From Paraspadella gotoi (lineage: Eukaryota > Animalia > Chaetognatha), in contig CM119271.1 of assembly GCA_051294375.1 (NCBI GenBank), positions 2,494,677 to 2,558,676 on the forward strand: 64,000 nucleotides of DNA. The letters are read 5' to 3'. Shown in pieces: positions 42,570 to 56,224 of this stretch (position 1 is the first letter of the stretch; each line of letters opens with the position of its first letter). Below the pieces are notes generated by a model. That model made no database searches. It was not told where the DNA came from and saw only the letters and a program-made list of their open reading frames with translations. A program made the position numbers and the translations under genes.

Positions 42570-43714
42570 TTCCTTACCGCAGTTTTTCTCTCTTTTATTT
42601 ATGTCCAGTTATTTTTCTTAGAATTCGTTTATTTGAGAGGCAGCGGTGGATTAGGCCGACTGTCAGTCGTTACTAAAACTGATAAGGATGTCGGATAATA
42701 ACGCCCGTTCGTTCATGGATATTTTTATATTGACAAATTTGACAACACGTTTTTTAATAATTTATTTCATTGAGTAAATGTGTTGATATTTGGCCACTTT
42801 AGACGGTCCGCATTCGAGCAAGTGCACTCGGAATTTAAATTCTTAATCTTTCGAAGGAAATCTATCAATTTCCCGATAAAAATTATTGATTTGCATTTAA
42901 TTCTCTCGCTCATTTTTTTTTTAAGAACAAGCTGTTGTGATCTCATCTTCCGTTTGGCTTCTACTTTTTCGTGAGGGATGAGAAACCTTATCGGCGACAA
43001 TATGCTAATAGGTTTTTTGAACATGAATTTTTCTCAACGCTCTGGCATCGGCTAATATTTCACACCAGCGAAACTTGGTACTTTACGCAAGCCTTTAATT
43101 TAAGCAAGGATGTTTTCGTCGTCGCCGTCATCGTCGGCTGCAGCGTCGGCGGCGGCGAAGGCGGCGGCGGCCGTTTCGGCAGTTCAAGGATTCCCCTTAA
43201 GGCTCCGCCTGTGATGAAGTTCCGGAGGGGGTAGAAGGGGGGGGGGGTTGAGAGGGAGAAGTGAAAGAGGGAGACGAAGAAAGCGAGGAAGATTGGTAGG
43301 AAAAGAGGGAGCGAGGAAGGGGGAACTGGTAGCAGTTACTGGGAAGGAGAATAGGAAAATAGGATGAGGAAGAATGAAAGATAAAAGGAGAGGAATAGAT
43401 GAGGAGGTTTTAATATAGAGAAGAAAAGAATAAGAGAAGATGATTCGAAACAAAAAGGAAAAAAGAATCTAAATATAGCTCATTTCTCCCCCTCTCCCTC
43501 CTCTCATCTTTTCCCTCTCTTCATCCTTTCCCGACTCCCTCTCTATCTCGCCTTTTTCTTCCATCGCCACGGGAGGGCGTGACTCGGGAGATGGCGCTCG
43601 GGATTTGGCCCTCGCCTTCCGGCATCCAGAGTCTTTGGCGGCGAATGAGAAGCGAATAAAAAGATGGCGGAGACCCGGAGGGCCTCTTTTCTCTCTCTCT
43701 CTACTCTCTTCTCT

Positions 43715-43753
<39 letters not shown>

Positions 43754-46700
43754 TCTTTTTCCCCGTTTCCTTCCCGCGTTGACTGACTTCCTTTGACCGC
43801 TCCCTATTTTGCCCAATTCTTTATATTTATGCAATCTGGAGAATTTAAAGGACTCCTCCTCTTCCCTCCTCTCTCCCTCCCTCTCTCTCTCTCCCTCCCT
43901 CTCTCTCTCTCTCTCTTTCCAAAAAAATACCCCGAGAGGACGAAATATTTTCCCGAGGAAGCGGCGGGCGAAAGAGACTCAGTTCATCAAAACAAAATCT
44001 GTTTAGTTCTAAAGTATCTGCATTGATTCGGCGGTTTTGAAAAACGAAACAAAAGGCCATCGGTTGAGTTATAAACTTAACTCTCAAGCCTGGATTGAAG
44101 GTTACAGTTCCAAAACTAGTCATAGGTTATAATGCACAAATGACTTAATAGTGATCGTAGTTTTAAAAATTATTCAGGCGATGAAATTATGATATTGGTA
44201 CAACCAATATAAATATTATCCATCCAATTACTAACTAAGAGATGAAATTATGTGATTCTCAACTACGCGAGGGGAAAAACTCTTAAAAACTATAATAAAA
44301 CCATATGAACGACATGTATTTAGGCAGACAAGACAACAGACAACATAAGTAGAACGATATCTACCTATTACAAAAACGAACTGAACTAAACCCAAAAAGG
44401 AAGGTTGATTGAAAAAAAAAATTACATCTCTAAAAATGGTCGGAAATGTGGGCGCTCGCAAGATTTTCAGCCCGTTATGTAGTAGGCCCAACGTAAATAT
44501 TTGAAAAAGGAAAAAGGAATATATAATTCTGAACAGGAATGAGAATCGAATCGAATGAAGAAGGGGAAAACGAGATGGTGGGGAACTGGTGGCGTGGAGG
44601 TCGAGGAAAAGAGGGAGGAGAAAAACTTTTTTAGTTAATTTTCAGGTTTTTAAGAATATGAAATTGGTACCAATATAACAATATTAAAATTATTAATTCA
44701 TTTAATAAATAAGCTATCTTGTCCCTTACTTTGGACAGGCTTTGGTGGTTTAACGGCTTCATCACTCTTACAAGATAATGACATAGCAGGTCCCTGCAAG
44801 CTTTCAATCAAAGACTCTCTCACAGGCTCGTTTATTCACTCCCAGAGTACATGGCTTTCCTATCAATGAAGAGGTATAATATTTCAAAGAATATTTCATT
44901 TGTATGAAAAGAGGGGTATGTGAGAGGTTAGGGATTAGGGATTAAAGTTTAGGATTAGGAGTAAGTGGTTAGGGTTGGGAATTAGGTTTCGGAGTAAGGG
45001 GTTAAGGTTGGGGACTAGGAGGGAAAGAAAGTTTAAGGCGGGGGTAAAGGGAGAGGAGAAGGAAGGGAGGTGGAGAAAAGAGAAGGAGAATTCGGGTAGG
45101 AAGAGAGAAATAAAGAGAGGAGGAGGAAGAAGAGGTAGAAAAGGTCAATTAAAGTCAGATTAATACAAAAGAAAAAAAAAGAGAGGAGGCAGGCATAGTT
45201 TAGTCATCTCTTCTCCCCCTTTGAGTTTTTCCCGCGCTTTGGACTCACGCTGGTTTTTTCGAGTTCGACTATTTTTTCATCCGAGGAGGAAGAGCATTCG
45301 TTTTCTCCCGAATTGGCACATTTTACGCCGGGACATTAGCGGAGACGTACGCACGAGAGAGACGAGAGGAGAGAGAGACGGAGGACGAGAGAGGATGAGA
45401 AGAGACGAGAGAGACGACCCGAAGGAGACGAAGAAGAGCAGAGAGAAGAGGGAGAGAGGCGTATTCCTATCCCTAGGGTCATCCGGATTACTCTTTTCAA
45501 TTCTTAGGAAGCTATCTATAACGACACCTAGCGTCGCGATAGATACTTTCAAAAGCTCTCGCTTACTCTGATACATTTCCCTGCGATCATGATACACCAG
45601 ATCTTGATTTGGTCATTTTTTGGCTCGGGCTTTCTTCACCTGTTCCGCAATCGCGAGGCTGGTGGGGGAGGACGCAGCAGCAGAGCATTTGAGAGAGGGA
45701 AGACCAGTCGCGATCAGCAGCTGCAGGACTGTGCAAGCCGCGCACTGTGGTATGCTGCCGCACACATGAGCAGACGAGAGATAATCGACTTTTGATCTCG
45801 ATTGATGATAGAGTATCTAGAGATGACTCGAGAGAGAGTATGAGTTTCTCCCTGCTCAAGCGAGAACGCAGACCATATCCGAGATGCTAAGAGAAAGACG
45901 AGACGATGAAGCACAAGAGCTAGAAAGAAGAGAAGAGGAGAGACGAGAGCAGAGAGACTGAGAGAATTACGAGATCGAAAATGTTTATGTGCGATCGATC
46001 AATATAAAGTGAGCATCCCACGTCAGAGCAGAGTCTCGTCGTCTGTAGCTATCGCGAGTCATTAGAGCGAGTTGGAGCGGAGATCGATCTGGGATTAGAA
46101 AGTATTTTCAAAGTAATTTTTTTTTACTTTGGAACGAGACGGAGAAAAAAACGAAGTTCTTTTGCCAGAAAAACGACTGTAATGTTTAATGTTTATGAAT
46201 TTCAAATCTCATCGATAGTCTTTTAAAGCTTATTATTTCCGTAGCGTTATCAAAATGAGATGGTGATTAATTACTAATTTTCATAAACTGTTTTACGAGG
46301 ATTTGGAAATGAATAGCTTCCATAAAAAATCTGAAAATTAAGTTGTTTTTTTTAGAATATTGGTAGTAATAAATTAGCTATCTAATTAGTTTCGAATACC
46401 CTTTGATATCGCCTCAATCATTAAAATTAACTGACCGGCATCGAGATATCGTGATATATCTTCTTCCTCCCCAGTTGGTTTCAAACGTCATTACGCGTCG
46501 AATGGATTAACCGTATTTATTCTACTGTGTATTCAGTGACGTCACGTCGAGGGCCAAAGATTATAAACAATTTGAAAAAGAAAAAAGAAAAAAGGAGAAA
46601 AAAAGAATTTAATTGTTTCGTTTTGCTTCGTCGATTTTCGGTTTTTTTGTTTTGATTTCGATGAAAGAAAAAGAAACTTTGAGAAAAAAATATAAGACAA

Positions 46701-48619
46701 AAAAAGGTGGACAATCGCTACTTTTGTTTTGTTATTGTTTCTTTGGTTTTTGATCGGCGGGGGTCGTCTCTCTTCCAGTTCCTCTCTCTTCTTCTCTCTC
46801 TCTCTCCTCCTCTCTCTCTCTCTCCTCTCTCTCTCTCTTCAGATCATCTCTCATCGTCTCTCCGATCTCATCCTCCTCTCTCTCTATCCTGCTGTCGTAA
46901 TCTGTCCTTGTCCTCTCTATATCTTCTCTGTCCTTTCTTTCTATCCTCTGTGTCGTATATGTCTTCTTCTCTCTCTCTATCCTCTCTGACCTTTCTTTCT
47001 CTCTATCTCTGTGTCGTATCTGTCTTTTCTCTCTCTATCCTCTGTCCTTTCTCTCTACCATCTTTGTCAAATCTCTACTTTTCTTCTTTGTCCTTTCTTT
47101 TATTCTTTAATTTTTTAAAACTACTTGAAAATTCAAAAACAAAAAAACAAAACACCTGTTACCATTTAGCTTCCACCACAGGACGTCTTTTCTGGCCGAT
47201 TTTTTTAAAGGAAGAGCGAGACCGAGACAGAAAGAGAGATAGACATAGAGCGAGAGAGAGCGAGAGAGAGAGAGAGAGATAGCTAGAGAGTGTGTGAGAG
47301 AGTGAGATGATCTATTACCCAAGTTTCCTTTCTTGTTTTAAGTTGTAACTTTGGATATCGATATCGTAAAATAACTATCACTCACTCTCTCCTTTCTCTC
47401 TCTCTTTCTCTCTCTTGAAAAATATTTTAAAAATATAATCCTAACTTAGCTATAATTATTATTAATGAACTGGTAAGCTATATTCAACGGGAAACTTTAA
47501 AATTCATCATTAGATTACAAAATCATAAATATAAATCAATATAATCTCATTTGCATGTTGCAGTAGACAGAATCTTCCTTTGATTTTGGGTTCTAGATTA
47601 AACAGACGAAAAGCGTTTTAATAAATCTAAAATTCCTCAAAAATAAACAATAATGATGCCTGAAAATCCTGTTAAAACATTATTTTTAACCTGATTATAA
47701 GGCAATAGAAGTTGTGCAAAAAGACCGTCAGCCGAACCATCGCCTAAAAAAAATAAAGAGGTATTTTAAATATCACAGAAGCATTTCAGTCTGCTCCGGC
47801 CACTAATACTTTATACTACAAAAAATATTTGACAGTTGCGTTACCAGTCGCGACTAATTCATTTCTTTTTATCAATTAATTTTTTCTTTTTTCTTCATAC
47901 TTCATGTTATTATTTTAATTTATACTATATTTTTTTGCAAATTGAAAAATATTCTTTGTGCCGCAGACACTGTTCAGTTTAATCTCTTGAAAGTGATTTA
48001 CACGTAATTTGGTTAATTTTAAAATTGTAATCGTCCGTTTAAACTTTAATCATCCGTGGAGCTCTCGCCACTCAAGACTTGATTTTTCTTAACCCCGGGG
48101 AGGTTTAAAGCCACAAAGACCTTACCTCAGATGTTTGCCCGACTCTTCCCACTCACTTTCTCCGATTCAACGGCCGCCTTTATGCGCCCATTACCACCTT
48201 GGGATCTGTCTCTAATCCTTTCCTAATCCCTTACCTCAACCTCCCCCCCTTCTTTTGCTGCTTCTCATATTCTCGACGCTATCATTCCCATCAAGGAACT
48301 TCTAAAAATTATTAAATATAAAAATACTTAAAAATATATATTGTATTACTTTCTCTTTCTCTTCAATTTTATTTCATTTGCCCACCATCCTTTTAATTTC
48401 GTAAATGCTAAAGTTTTTTTTATCATATCACAAAAAATAAAGTTTTTTTTTACTCGCTTCACCTAAATCTCCATTTTTTGTTTTTTTCTTGTTTGTTTAC
48501 GTTTCGTCGCTAAACGCGAAACACGCGGAACCAAAAAGAAAAACAAACAAAAGGGAAAAGCGGAGAACGGACGAAAGATGAGAGAGAGAGAGNNNNNNNN
48601 NNNNNNNNNNNNNNNNNAA

Positions 48620-49058
48620 AAGAGAGAGAGAGAGAGAAGAGGAGAGAAGAGAAGAGAGAGAGAGAGAGAAGAAGAGAGAGAGAGAGAAAGAGAGAGGAGG
48701 AGAGAGGGAAAGAGAAATCCGCTGATTTAAGCAACGATAAAATTAACAGTTTTATGTAGCGAAAGGAAAATATTATGAATTATGATGCCCGAGTCTTGAC
48801 TTTGTCAAACTATTTTAAAATCTGTTTTCGACGTATTGATGTATAAAAAAGAATTATCTAAGGCCTCGGTTAAACCGTCCCTGTTGATGGTGAGGAAAGA
48901 ATGGGCGGACAAAGACGGAGGGCTTTAAAAATGTATCTCTAATATGACACTGGGAAGCCTTGAAAATGAAAGGGGACAGGTCCCGGTGAATTTTGAAAGT
49001 AAACAAGAATGATAAAGAGGATAAAGAAAGAAAATCATTCTTCTCCGCGTTTTTTGGT

Positions 49059-49143
<85 letters not shown>

Positions 49144-49848
49144 TGCAATATTGAGGTTAGGAGAGGGAGAAAAAACAGGCGTAAATGAATGTTTTTCCGG
49201 GTTTTCAAGAGGATCACTGTGTCATCGAATAATGCTCGGAAAAAATAAAAGAGAGAAAAGAGAAAGAAAGAGAAGAGAGAGAGAAGAGAGAGAGAGAGAG
49301 GTTTCTTTTTCAACAATTTTTTAATAGAAAAAGTTAAAAATAAAACGGGAAAGTATTAATACATGGCATGTGCCAACCGGTAATGGACAAAGGGAACAAA
49401 ATATTTAGTAAAATTCTTTATTCACTGAACGTGGAAGAAAGATAATAAATGGAACGAATGGAGGGACGACGGACGGACGAGACGGACGGACGGACGGACG
49501 GCCGGACGGATGGATTGAATGAATTAAACTTGGGGATTAATTCTTTTATTCTCGTTCTGAAAAGATTGTCACTGGCAAATGCCAACAGAAAAGTAATGGA
49601 AGTATAATAAAGAGAAAATTGCAAAAAAAAGTAAAGAAAGAGAGAAAGAAAAGAAAAAAAAGAAAGAAGAATAGAACAAAATAAGAAAGAAAATAAAGGT
49701 AAGAAAGAAAGAAAGAAAGAAAAGAAAGAAAGAAGCCGGACGAGGCTTCCACGCATCTAAGAAAAACTCCTGCAAGGTTATTTCTGCTGTGTTCGTTATC
49801 AATGGACCGCGATCTCGCCGCCATCTCTCTCTCGTCTCTCTCTCTCTC

Positions 49849-49885
<37 letters not shown>

Positions 49886-50141
49886 CTCTCCTCGTCTCTT
49901 CTCTCTCTCTCTCTCTCTCCTTCCTTCCTTCGTTTGGCATTCCTCCTCATCTCCCTCGTTAATGAGAGGCAGGTTATCCCTTTTTTTTCTTTCTCCTTTC
50001 TCTCTCTCTCTCTCTTCTCTTCTCTCTTCTCTCTCTCTCCTCTCTTCCCCTCTCTCTCTTCTCTCATCTCTCTCTCTCTCCTCCCTCTCCTCTCCTCTCC
50101 CTCACCATGCGAACGACCTCAACCATCGGGTCTCTCCATCC

Positions 50142-50175
<34 letters not shown>

Positions 50176-50523
50176 AAGAGAAATATCCGCTTGATTTAAG
50201 GCAACGATAAATTAACAGTTTTATGTAGGCGAAAGGATATATTATGAATTATGATGCCGAGTCTTGACTTTGTCAAAACTTTTTAAAAATCTGTTTTCGG
50301 ACGTATTGATTATAAAAAAAAGAATTATCTAAGCCTCGGTTAAAACCGCCTGTTGTGGTGAGGAAGAATGGGCGGACAAAGACGAGGGCTTTTAAATGTA
50401 TCTCTATATGACACTGGGAAGCCTTGAGAAATGAAAGGGGACAGGTCCCGGTGAATTTTGAAAGTAAACAAGAATGATAAAGAGGATAAAGAAAGAAAAT
50501 CATTCTTCTCCGCGTTTTTTGGT

Positions 50524-50607
<84 letters not shown>

Positions 50608-50724
50608 TGCAATATTGAGGATTAGGAAGAGGGAGAAAAAACAGGCGAAATGAATGTTTTCCGGGTTTCAAGAGGATCACTGTGTCATCGAATAATGCTC
50701 GGGAAAAAATAAAGAGAGAAAGAG

Positions 50725-50766
<42 letters not shown>

Positions 50767-51169
50767 TTTCTTTTTCAACAATTTTTTTAATAAGAAAAAG
50801 TTAAAAATAAAACGTGGAAAGTATTAATACATGGATGTGCCAACGTATGGACAAAGGGACAAAATAATTTAGTAAAATTTCTTTATTCACTAGAAACGTT
50901 GGAAGAAAGATAATAAATGGAACGATGGAGGGACGGACGGACGGACGGACGGACGGACGGACGGACGGACGGACGGATGGATGAATGAATTAACTTGGGG
51001 ATTAAGTCTTTTATTCTCGCTGAAAAGATTGTCAGCTGGCAAATGCCAACAGAAAGAATGGAAGTATAAATAAAGAAGAAAATTGCAAAAAAAAGTGAAA
51101 GAAAGAGAGAAAGAAAGAAAAAAAAAGAAAGAAAGAAATAAAGAAACAAAAAATAAAGAAAGAAATAAA

Positions 51170-51206
<37 letters not shown>

Positions 51207-51353
51207 CCGGACGAGGCTTCCCGCATCTAAGAAAAACTCCTGCAGGTTATTTCTCGTGTTCGTTATCATGGACCGCGATCTCGCGCCATCTCTCTCTCTC
51301 TCTCTCTCTCTNNNNNNNNNNNNNNNNNNNNNNNNNCTCTCTCTCTCTCTCTC

Positions 51354-51396
<43 letters not shown>

Positions 51397-51475
51397 TCCT
51401 TCCTTCGGTTTGGCATTCCTCTCATTCTCTCGTTAATGAGAGGCAGGTTTTAATCCCTTTTTTTTCTTTCTCCTT

Positions 51476-51519
<44 letters not shown>

Positions 51520-51615
51520 TCCCTCTCTCTCTTCTCTCATCTCTCTCTCTCTCCTCCCTCTCCCCTCTCCCTCACCATGCGAACGACCTCAACCATCGGG
51601 TCTCTCCATCCCCGT
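48620..51615 (+). repeat. Tandem duplication of about 1.5 kb (48.62-50.14 kb and 50.14-51.6 kb) associated with two 25-N gaps
   Basis: Co-linear anchors GGACAGGTCCCGGTGAATTTTGAAAG, GGATCACTGTGTCATCGAATAATGCTCGG, (GGAC)n and CACCATGCGAACGACCTCAACCATCGGG each occur twice. Confidence 0.93.
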
Positions 51616-51975
51616 CTCTCATCCCCTCCCTAATCCAAATCGCCCGATCCATCAATTCTCACACTCGCCGAATTTTTGTAACGAAATCTTTTTTGTTTTG
51701 ATTCGTTAATGGGAGACGATGTTACGAGTTAACGATTGACGCGGTGAGAGATATTGGGTTGATTCACCCCCACCCTCGCCTCTAGAGCGAGAGAGAGAGG
51801 GAGAGAGAGGGAGAGAGAGAAAGAGAGAAGAGAGAGAAAGAGAGAGGATATTTTTTCTGCCTCAAGATGAGTGGTGTTAACTTTTCCCCGCAATTTTTCG
51901 ATTCCTCGTTGTTTTCGGACTGTCGGCGGTGGAAACCTGCGAAGCGTCGGAAAGAGAGAGAGAGCAGAGAGAGAA

Positions 51976-52026
<51 letters not shown>

Positions 52027-52202
52027 TTTGAAACAAAAAAATTCCGAGATTAAAGCGACGCAAAATGAATGAAATTCCGTCAAAGAGGCAAAATGAAAAG
52101 GGTGCGGATTTCTTTGTTTACTTTTCTTTCGTAAGAACTTTTTTTTTGTTTACTCCCTCTGTCGGAATGATCGTGAGTACAGGCAGAGTGCAAAAGAGAA
52201 GG

Positions 52203-52247
<45 letters not shown>

Positions 52248-53562
52248 GAGAGAGGAGAAGAGCACCGAGAGAGAGAGAGAGCAGGGAGAGAGAGAGGAGA
52301 AATCGAATACTAAAAAAGAGAAGAGGGAAAACAAAAGAAAAACGTAAAGAGAACAGATCCAAGATAAAAAAACAAGATAAGTTCAAACTCGAACAAGAGA
52401 GATTATCCAAACCCTTCTCTCCTCCGCTCCGCCCCCCCTCGTCCCTTCTTATCTCCTCACAACCTCCCCCCTTCCCCTTAATCGATCCCCTCGAGATCTT
52501 GCGCGGTGGTGGACCTACTTTTTCTCTGCTCCCTCCCGCCTCCCCTTAAGGCCTTTCTCTTTCTTTTTCCTTTTGTTTTCACCTTTGATGTTTTCCTTTT
52601 TAATCCTTCGCGTGTTTTTTTTTTAGTCGCTATCGAGTGAAATTAATTACGGTTAGCATTAAAAAAACGTTAGGGGGGGTGGGTCGATTTGGAGTAATGA
52701 AATTGTTTCTTTCTTTCTTTTTCCTTCTTATTATGTCATTTTATCTAGTTTTCTACGCAGTCATTTTGCTTTATTTTACGTCGGTGTTTTCTGTCGTCAT
52801 TTTTAAGTTATGGTTTTGTTAAAACTACTATTCCTCTCTTTTTGGTTATGTCATTTGTTTCTTTCATGTCTTTTGTACAGTATCATTTGTGCCAATATAA
52901 AAAAGTATATGAAAGTTTAGAACTTCAGATCCATGAGCCTGAATCGAAGTAAAAAAAAATTCTTATGCCAAATGAAGAAGAAAAAAAATCCCATTGAGAT
53001 TCGCCTTTGATCTACATTTCGATGGATCGATCAATGTTGTTGTTGTTGTTTGTTGTTGTTTTGTCTATCAGATCGTTACCCACCTTAATAAAACCGGTCT
53101 TGTTCTCCGGATTATATCTTAGATCAGTTTGATTTGTTTCAAATTACCAGGGTTATTGATACCGAACCTACGTTGAACATTTATCTGATATCCGTACTAT
53201 TTTCAGTCTGGTTATTCTCTGGTTATTCTTCCTTCTCATTCATCCTACATCAGTAGCGGGCATTTTCCAGGTTCACCCCGCCAGAAGACTTTGTTCCTCC
53301 CTTCCTGACCCCGTCGCCCATCGTGTAAAGCAATTAATTCATGACTGCTAGCTGCCCGGTTCAATCCCAACCCGATACCCGCGCGTCGGGAAGCTTGCGG
53401 ACGGCCGTAAACCGCCTAGGGGGCGTGAAAAACCCCGCAAGGCCCAGGACCCGTTCCAGGGCTGCTTGAGGGGGTTGAAGAATTTACCGAAGTCGTCTTC
53501 AACCAACTTGGCGCGAAATCAAAACCCATTCGCAACCCCCACCTACTTCCTCCATCCAACAG

Positions 53563-53757
53563 GCCAACCCGGTTCACTCTTTCATCGTGAAGAACCAACC
53601 CGTGAGTCTCACCTGCTCCGCCTCCGCCTCCAACCGGATCTACTTCAAGTGCAACGACGAGTGGGTGCGACCGGAGGCGCACAAGACGCGGGAGATCGTG
53701 GACGCGGAGGCGGAAAGGATCGTCGTGGAGTCGGCCGTCGAGATCACGAGGCTTCAA
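53563..53757 (+). CDS. unc-5: Unc5 netrin receptor, Ig1 exon
   Basis: Intact 65 codons between AG and GT: ANPVHSFIVKNQPVSLTCSASASNRIYFKCNDEWVRPEAHKTREIVDAEAERIVVESAVEITRLQ. IVKNxPVxLxC...IYFKCNxEWV is characteristic of UNC5 Ig1. Confidence 0.93.
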
Positions 53758-54305
53758 GTGAGTTGTGGGGATTTCGGGTTTTTTCGTTTTCAATGATTTG
53801 GATCGAAGATTTAGTTGGTTTCGTTGATTTATAGGACGTGTTTATTGGGTAGAGTGAATGGGTTGGTTAGTTACATAATACATATGGATTGAAATATTGT
53901 TAATAGTTCAGTTAATAATAGTTCAGATTGATGGGATAGTCGGACGAATAGTTGGAAATGGTCAGTGGATAGTGGATACATTTATTTAAATGAATTGTTG
54001 TATCAATATTGTTCTTCGGTTAACACATGGTTTCATTTGTGGATGTTTTTGGTTAAATATCGTTTTCTTTGTTGTTTATTGTTTTCTGATGTTGTTTTCT
54101 GATGTTGTTTTCTCACAATTCGTTATAAACGTATAAGAATTAAACAGTATAGCGTATTTATAGGCTTGTTGCATCTTTAATAAAACAATTTCTTGTGAAA
54201 ATCAAATTTTTCTGTCTGTAAAGCGTAATTTATAATAATTTACTATGTGTACATTAAATATCTCTGATCTCTAAAGTTGGATCCAAAATCGGCGTTAGAT
54301 TCCAG

Positions 54306-54341
<36 letters not shown>

Positions 54342-55000
54342 NNNNNNNNNNNNNNNNNNNNNNNNNGAGAGAGAGAGAGAGATTTTGGGTGAATTCAATC
54401 TCGTGACGGAAAATTCTGGTCTATTTTTTTTTTGCAGAGAATCGAGGCGAGAATTTTATTTGCACCGCGGGATGATTGATGACTGATTGATTGATTGATG
54501 ATTGACTAATTATTTTAGATTATTGATTGGCTGAAGTGTTTGACTGAACTTATTTGCTGGATTAATTGAATGAGAGAATCTTTTTGCCAAAGCATCGCGT
54601 AACAGATGATCGAATTCTTCCTGTCGAAATGCGCGATTGTACTGGTTAAAAAACCACTGCTTCGCCTTTTTTTGACTGAACCAACGAACCAAGCAATGAG
54701 ATAAACTGTTGGTTGAGGTAAACAGTTGCAATTTCCGCCAGATTTTCTTTCAATTGGCTGAACTCTTCTTTTTTTCCACTTAATTGGCAAAAGCCGGCGC
54801 GACTCTTTCCAGACCGATAGGCTAAATTCCTTCTTTTTCCTTTTCATTACTTAAAAAACACCACACAAAAAAAAAAACAGTTTCTTGTTTCCACGAGAGA
54901 TTCGACGCCACACCGTCTTTCGAAGGTGGGCGATTGTAAAACAAACTGAGGAGATGCTCTCTCTCTCAAAATGTCAGTAAGTCACTACATCGTCTCTCTC

Positions 55001-55059
<59 letters not shown>

Positions 55060-55061
55060 AG

Positions 55062-55164
55062 GTGGAGACGTATTTTGGCATCGAAGGTTACACTTGCCGA
55101 ATGCGTCGCTATTCCAAAGCCGACAACCGGCGAAGGCCAAAGTCCGAACCGCCTTTTTGAAAAA
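55062..55164 (+). CDS. unc-5: Unc5 exon, end of Ig1 (frameshifted by indels)
   Basis: Consensus with the second copy: VETYFGIEGYTC-ECVAYSKAGQTRSEKAKVRTAFLK, matching UNC5 VEELFG..YWCQCVAWS..G...S..A.VRIAYLRK. Confidence 0.85.
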
Positions 55165-55235
55165 GTAAGGCAAGAAGAGCAAGAGTAAAAGGGGGTGAGG
55201 TAGAGAAGGAAAGAGGCAGAGGAAGAACAAATAAC

Positions 55236-55681
55236 GGCACTATTTCCAAAAAGCTTCGATTCTGTTTAGAATCTCTTACCTTAATTTATTTTAAAAAAAT
55301 ATATTAACGTAATTTTAATTCAATGTTTAGAATATTATAACCCAAATACAATTGTGTTAAACTTTTTTCATTGTGTATGTATTAGATTAATACGCTGATG
55401 AAGCCGAAACATGTCCGTTTTTTTTTTTAAATCTGTTGAAATTCGTTTAAAACTTTTTACTAACTCAAATACCTACTTTAACCTTACTTTTAAACTTTTT
55501 TTTTAAACCAAAACTTATCTTTTTAACCATATTAAACCCTTACCCCGAACCTTCTTGACCCAATTCCGTAACAAAATTATCTACTAAATCTAACAAACTT
55601 AATTCCTTAACTTACTTTTATCCAATTTATTAATATTTATTATAAATTAATTAAAATCGGACGCTTTTAGAAAATAGGATG
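55236..55681. mobile_element. MITE-like element with telomere-like interior (duplicate at about 61340-61812), containing a hammerhead remnant
   Basis: Left GGCACTATTTCCAAAAAGCTTCGATT; right reverse complement CATCCTATTTTCTAAAAGCGTCCGATTTT; interior TAACC/TAAAC/CTTAA repeats. Confidence 0.55.
55392..55419 (+). ncRNA. Hammerhead ribozyme remnant lacking stem II (duplicate at 61494-61522)
   Basis: (A)ACG-CTGATGA-AGCC-GAAAC-AT-GTC-CGTT. Shares TGAAGCCGAAACATGTC with the motif at 33883-33924. Confidence 0.5.
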
Positions 55682-56134
55682 AAATGTCTTGAGACTTGAA
55701 TGCGAAATGTGTTTGGCGGCAAGAATTTTTTTTTTTGGCCTCGGATGGAACGGCATTCCTTGCATTCCTGCATTCCTCTAGCATCTGATATTTATGCGAT
55801 AGTTTCTTTATTGCGAGTGTGATCTTGCAGTTGTAGCAATTAGAAATTGGCAAATGAATACTTTTTCGTCATTCTGGCCATTAAGACCGTTTAAGCCATA
55901 TTTGCCATATAACTAATGAGTTCATTAATTGTATTCTCTATCGTAATCACAATATTTCCCCCCCATTTAGTAAAGCTCATAAAGCTGTGAACCAAAAATC
56001 TACTTAAGTATTGCCAAAGAGAATTCTCTGAAAAACTATAGAATGTTTAATCATTTTCATAATTATTGAAATTATTTATTATTTTATATTATTATTATTA
56101 TTATATTATTATATTATTATTATTATCTCCTCAG

Positions 56135-56224
56135 CTCTTCGAAACGCGAGCCTATCGCCACATCGGTGAGGAACATCATTCTGTGCACTTCAGTGCCTTC
56201 CCCACAGGGCTTCCACTTCCAGAG
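56135..56224 (+). CDS. unc-5: Unc5 exon, start of Ig2 (indels)
   Basis: Consensus of the two copies: (R)FEREPIATSVEEHHSVQLQCLPPQGLPLPE, matching UNC5 F..EP....V.....V.L.C.PPEG.P..E. AG/GT borders present. Confidence 0.8.

Noticed and set aside
53310-53375. B-box-like GGTTCAATCCC (53358-53368) as a tRNA or tRNA-derived SINE
   Set aside because: No convincing A box, no cloverleaf and no second copy in the window.
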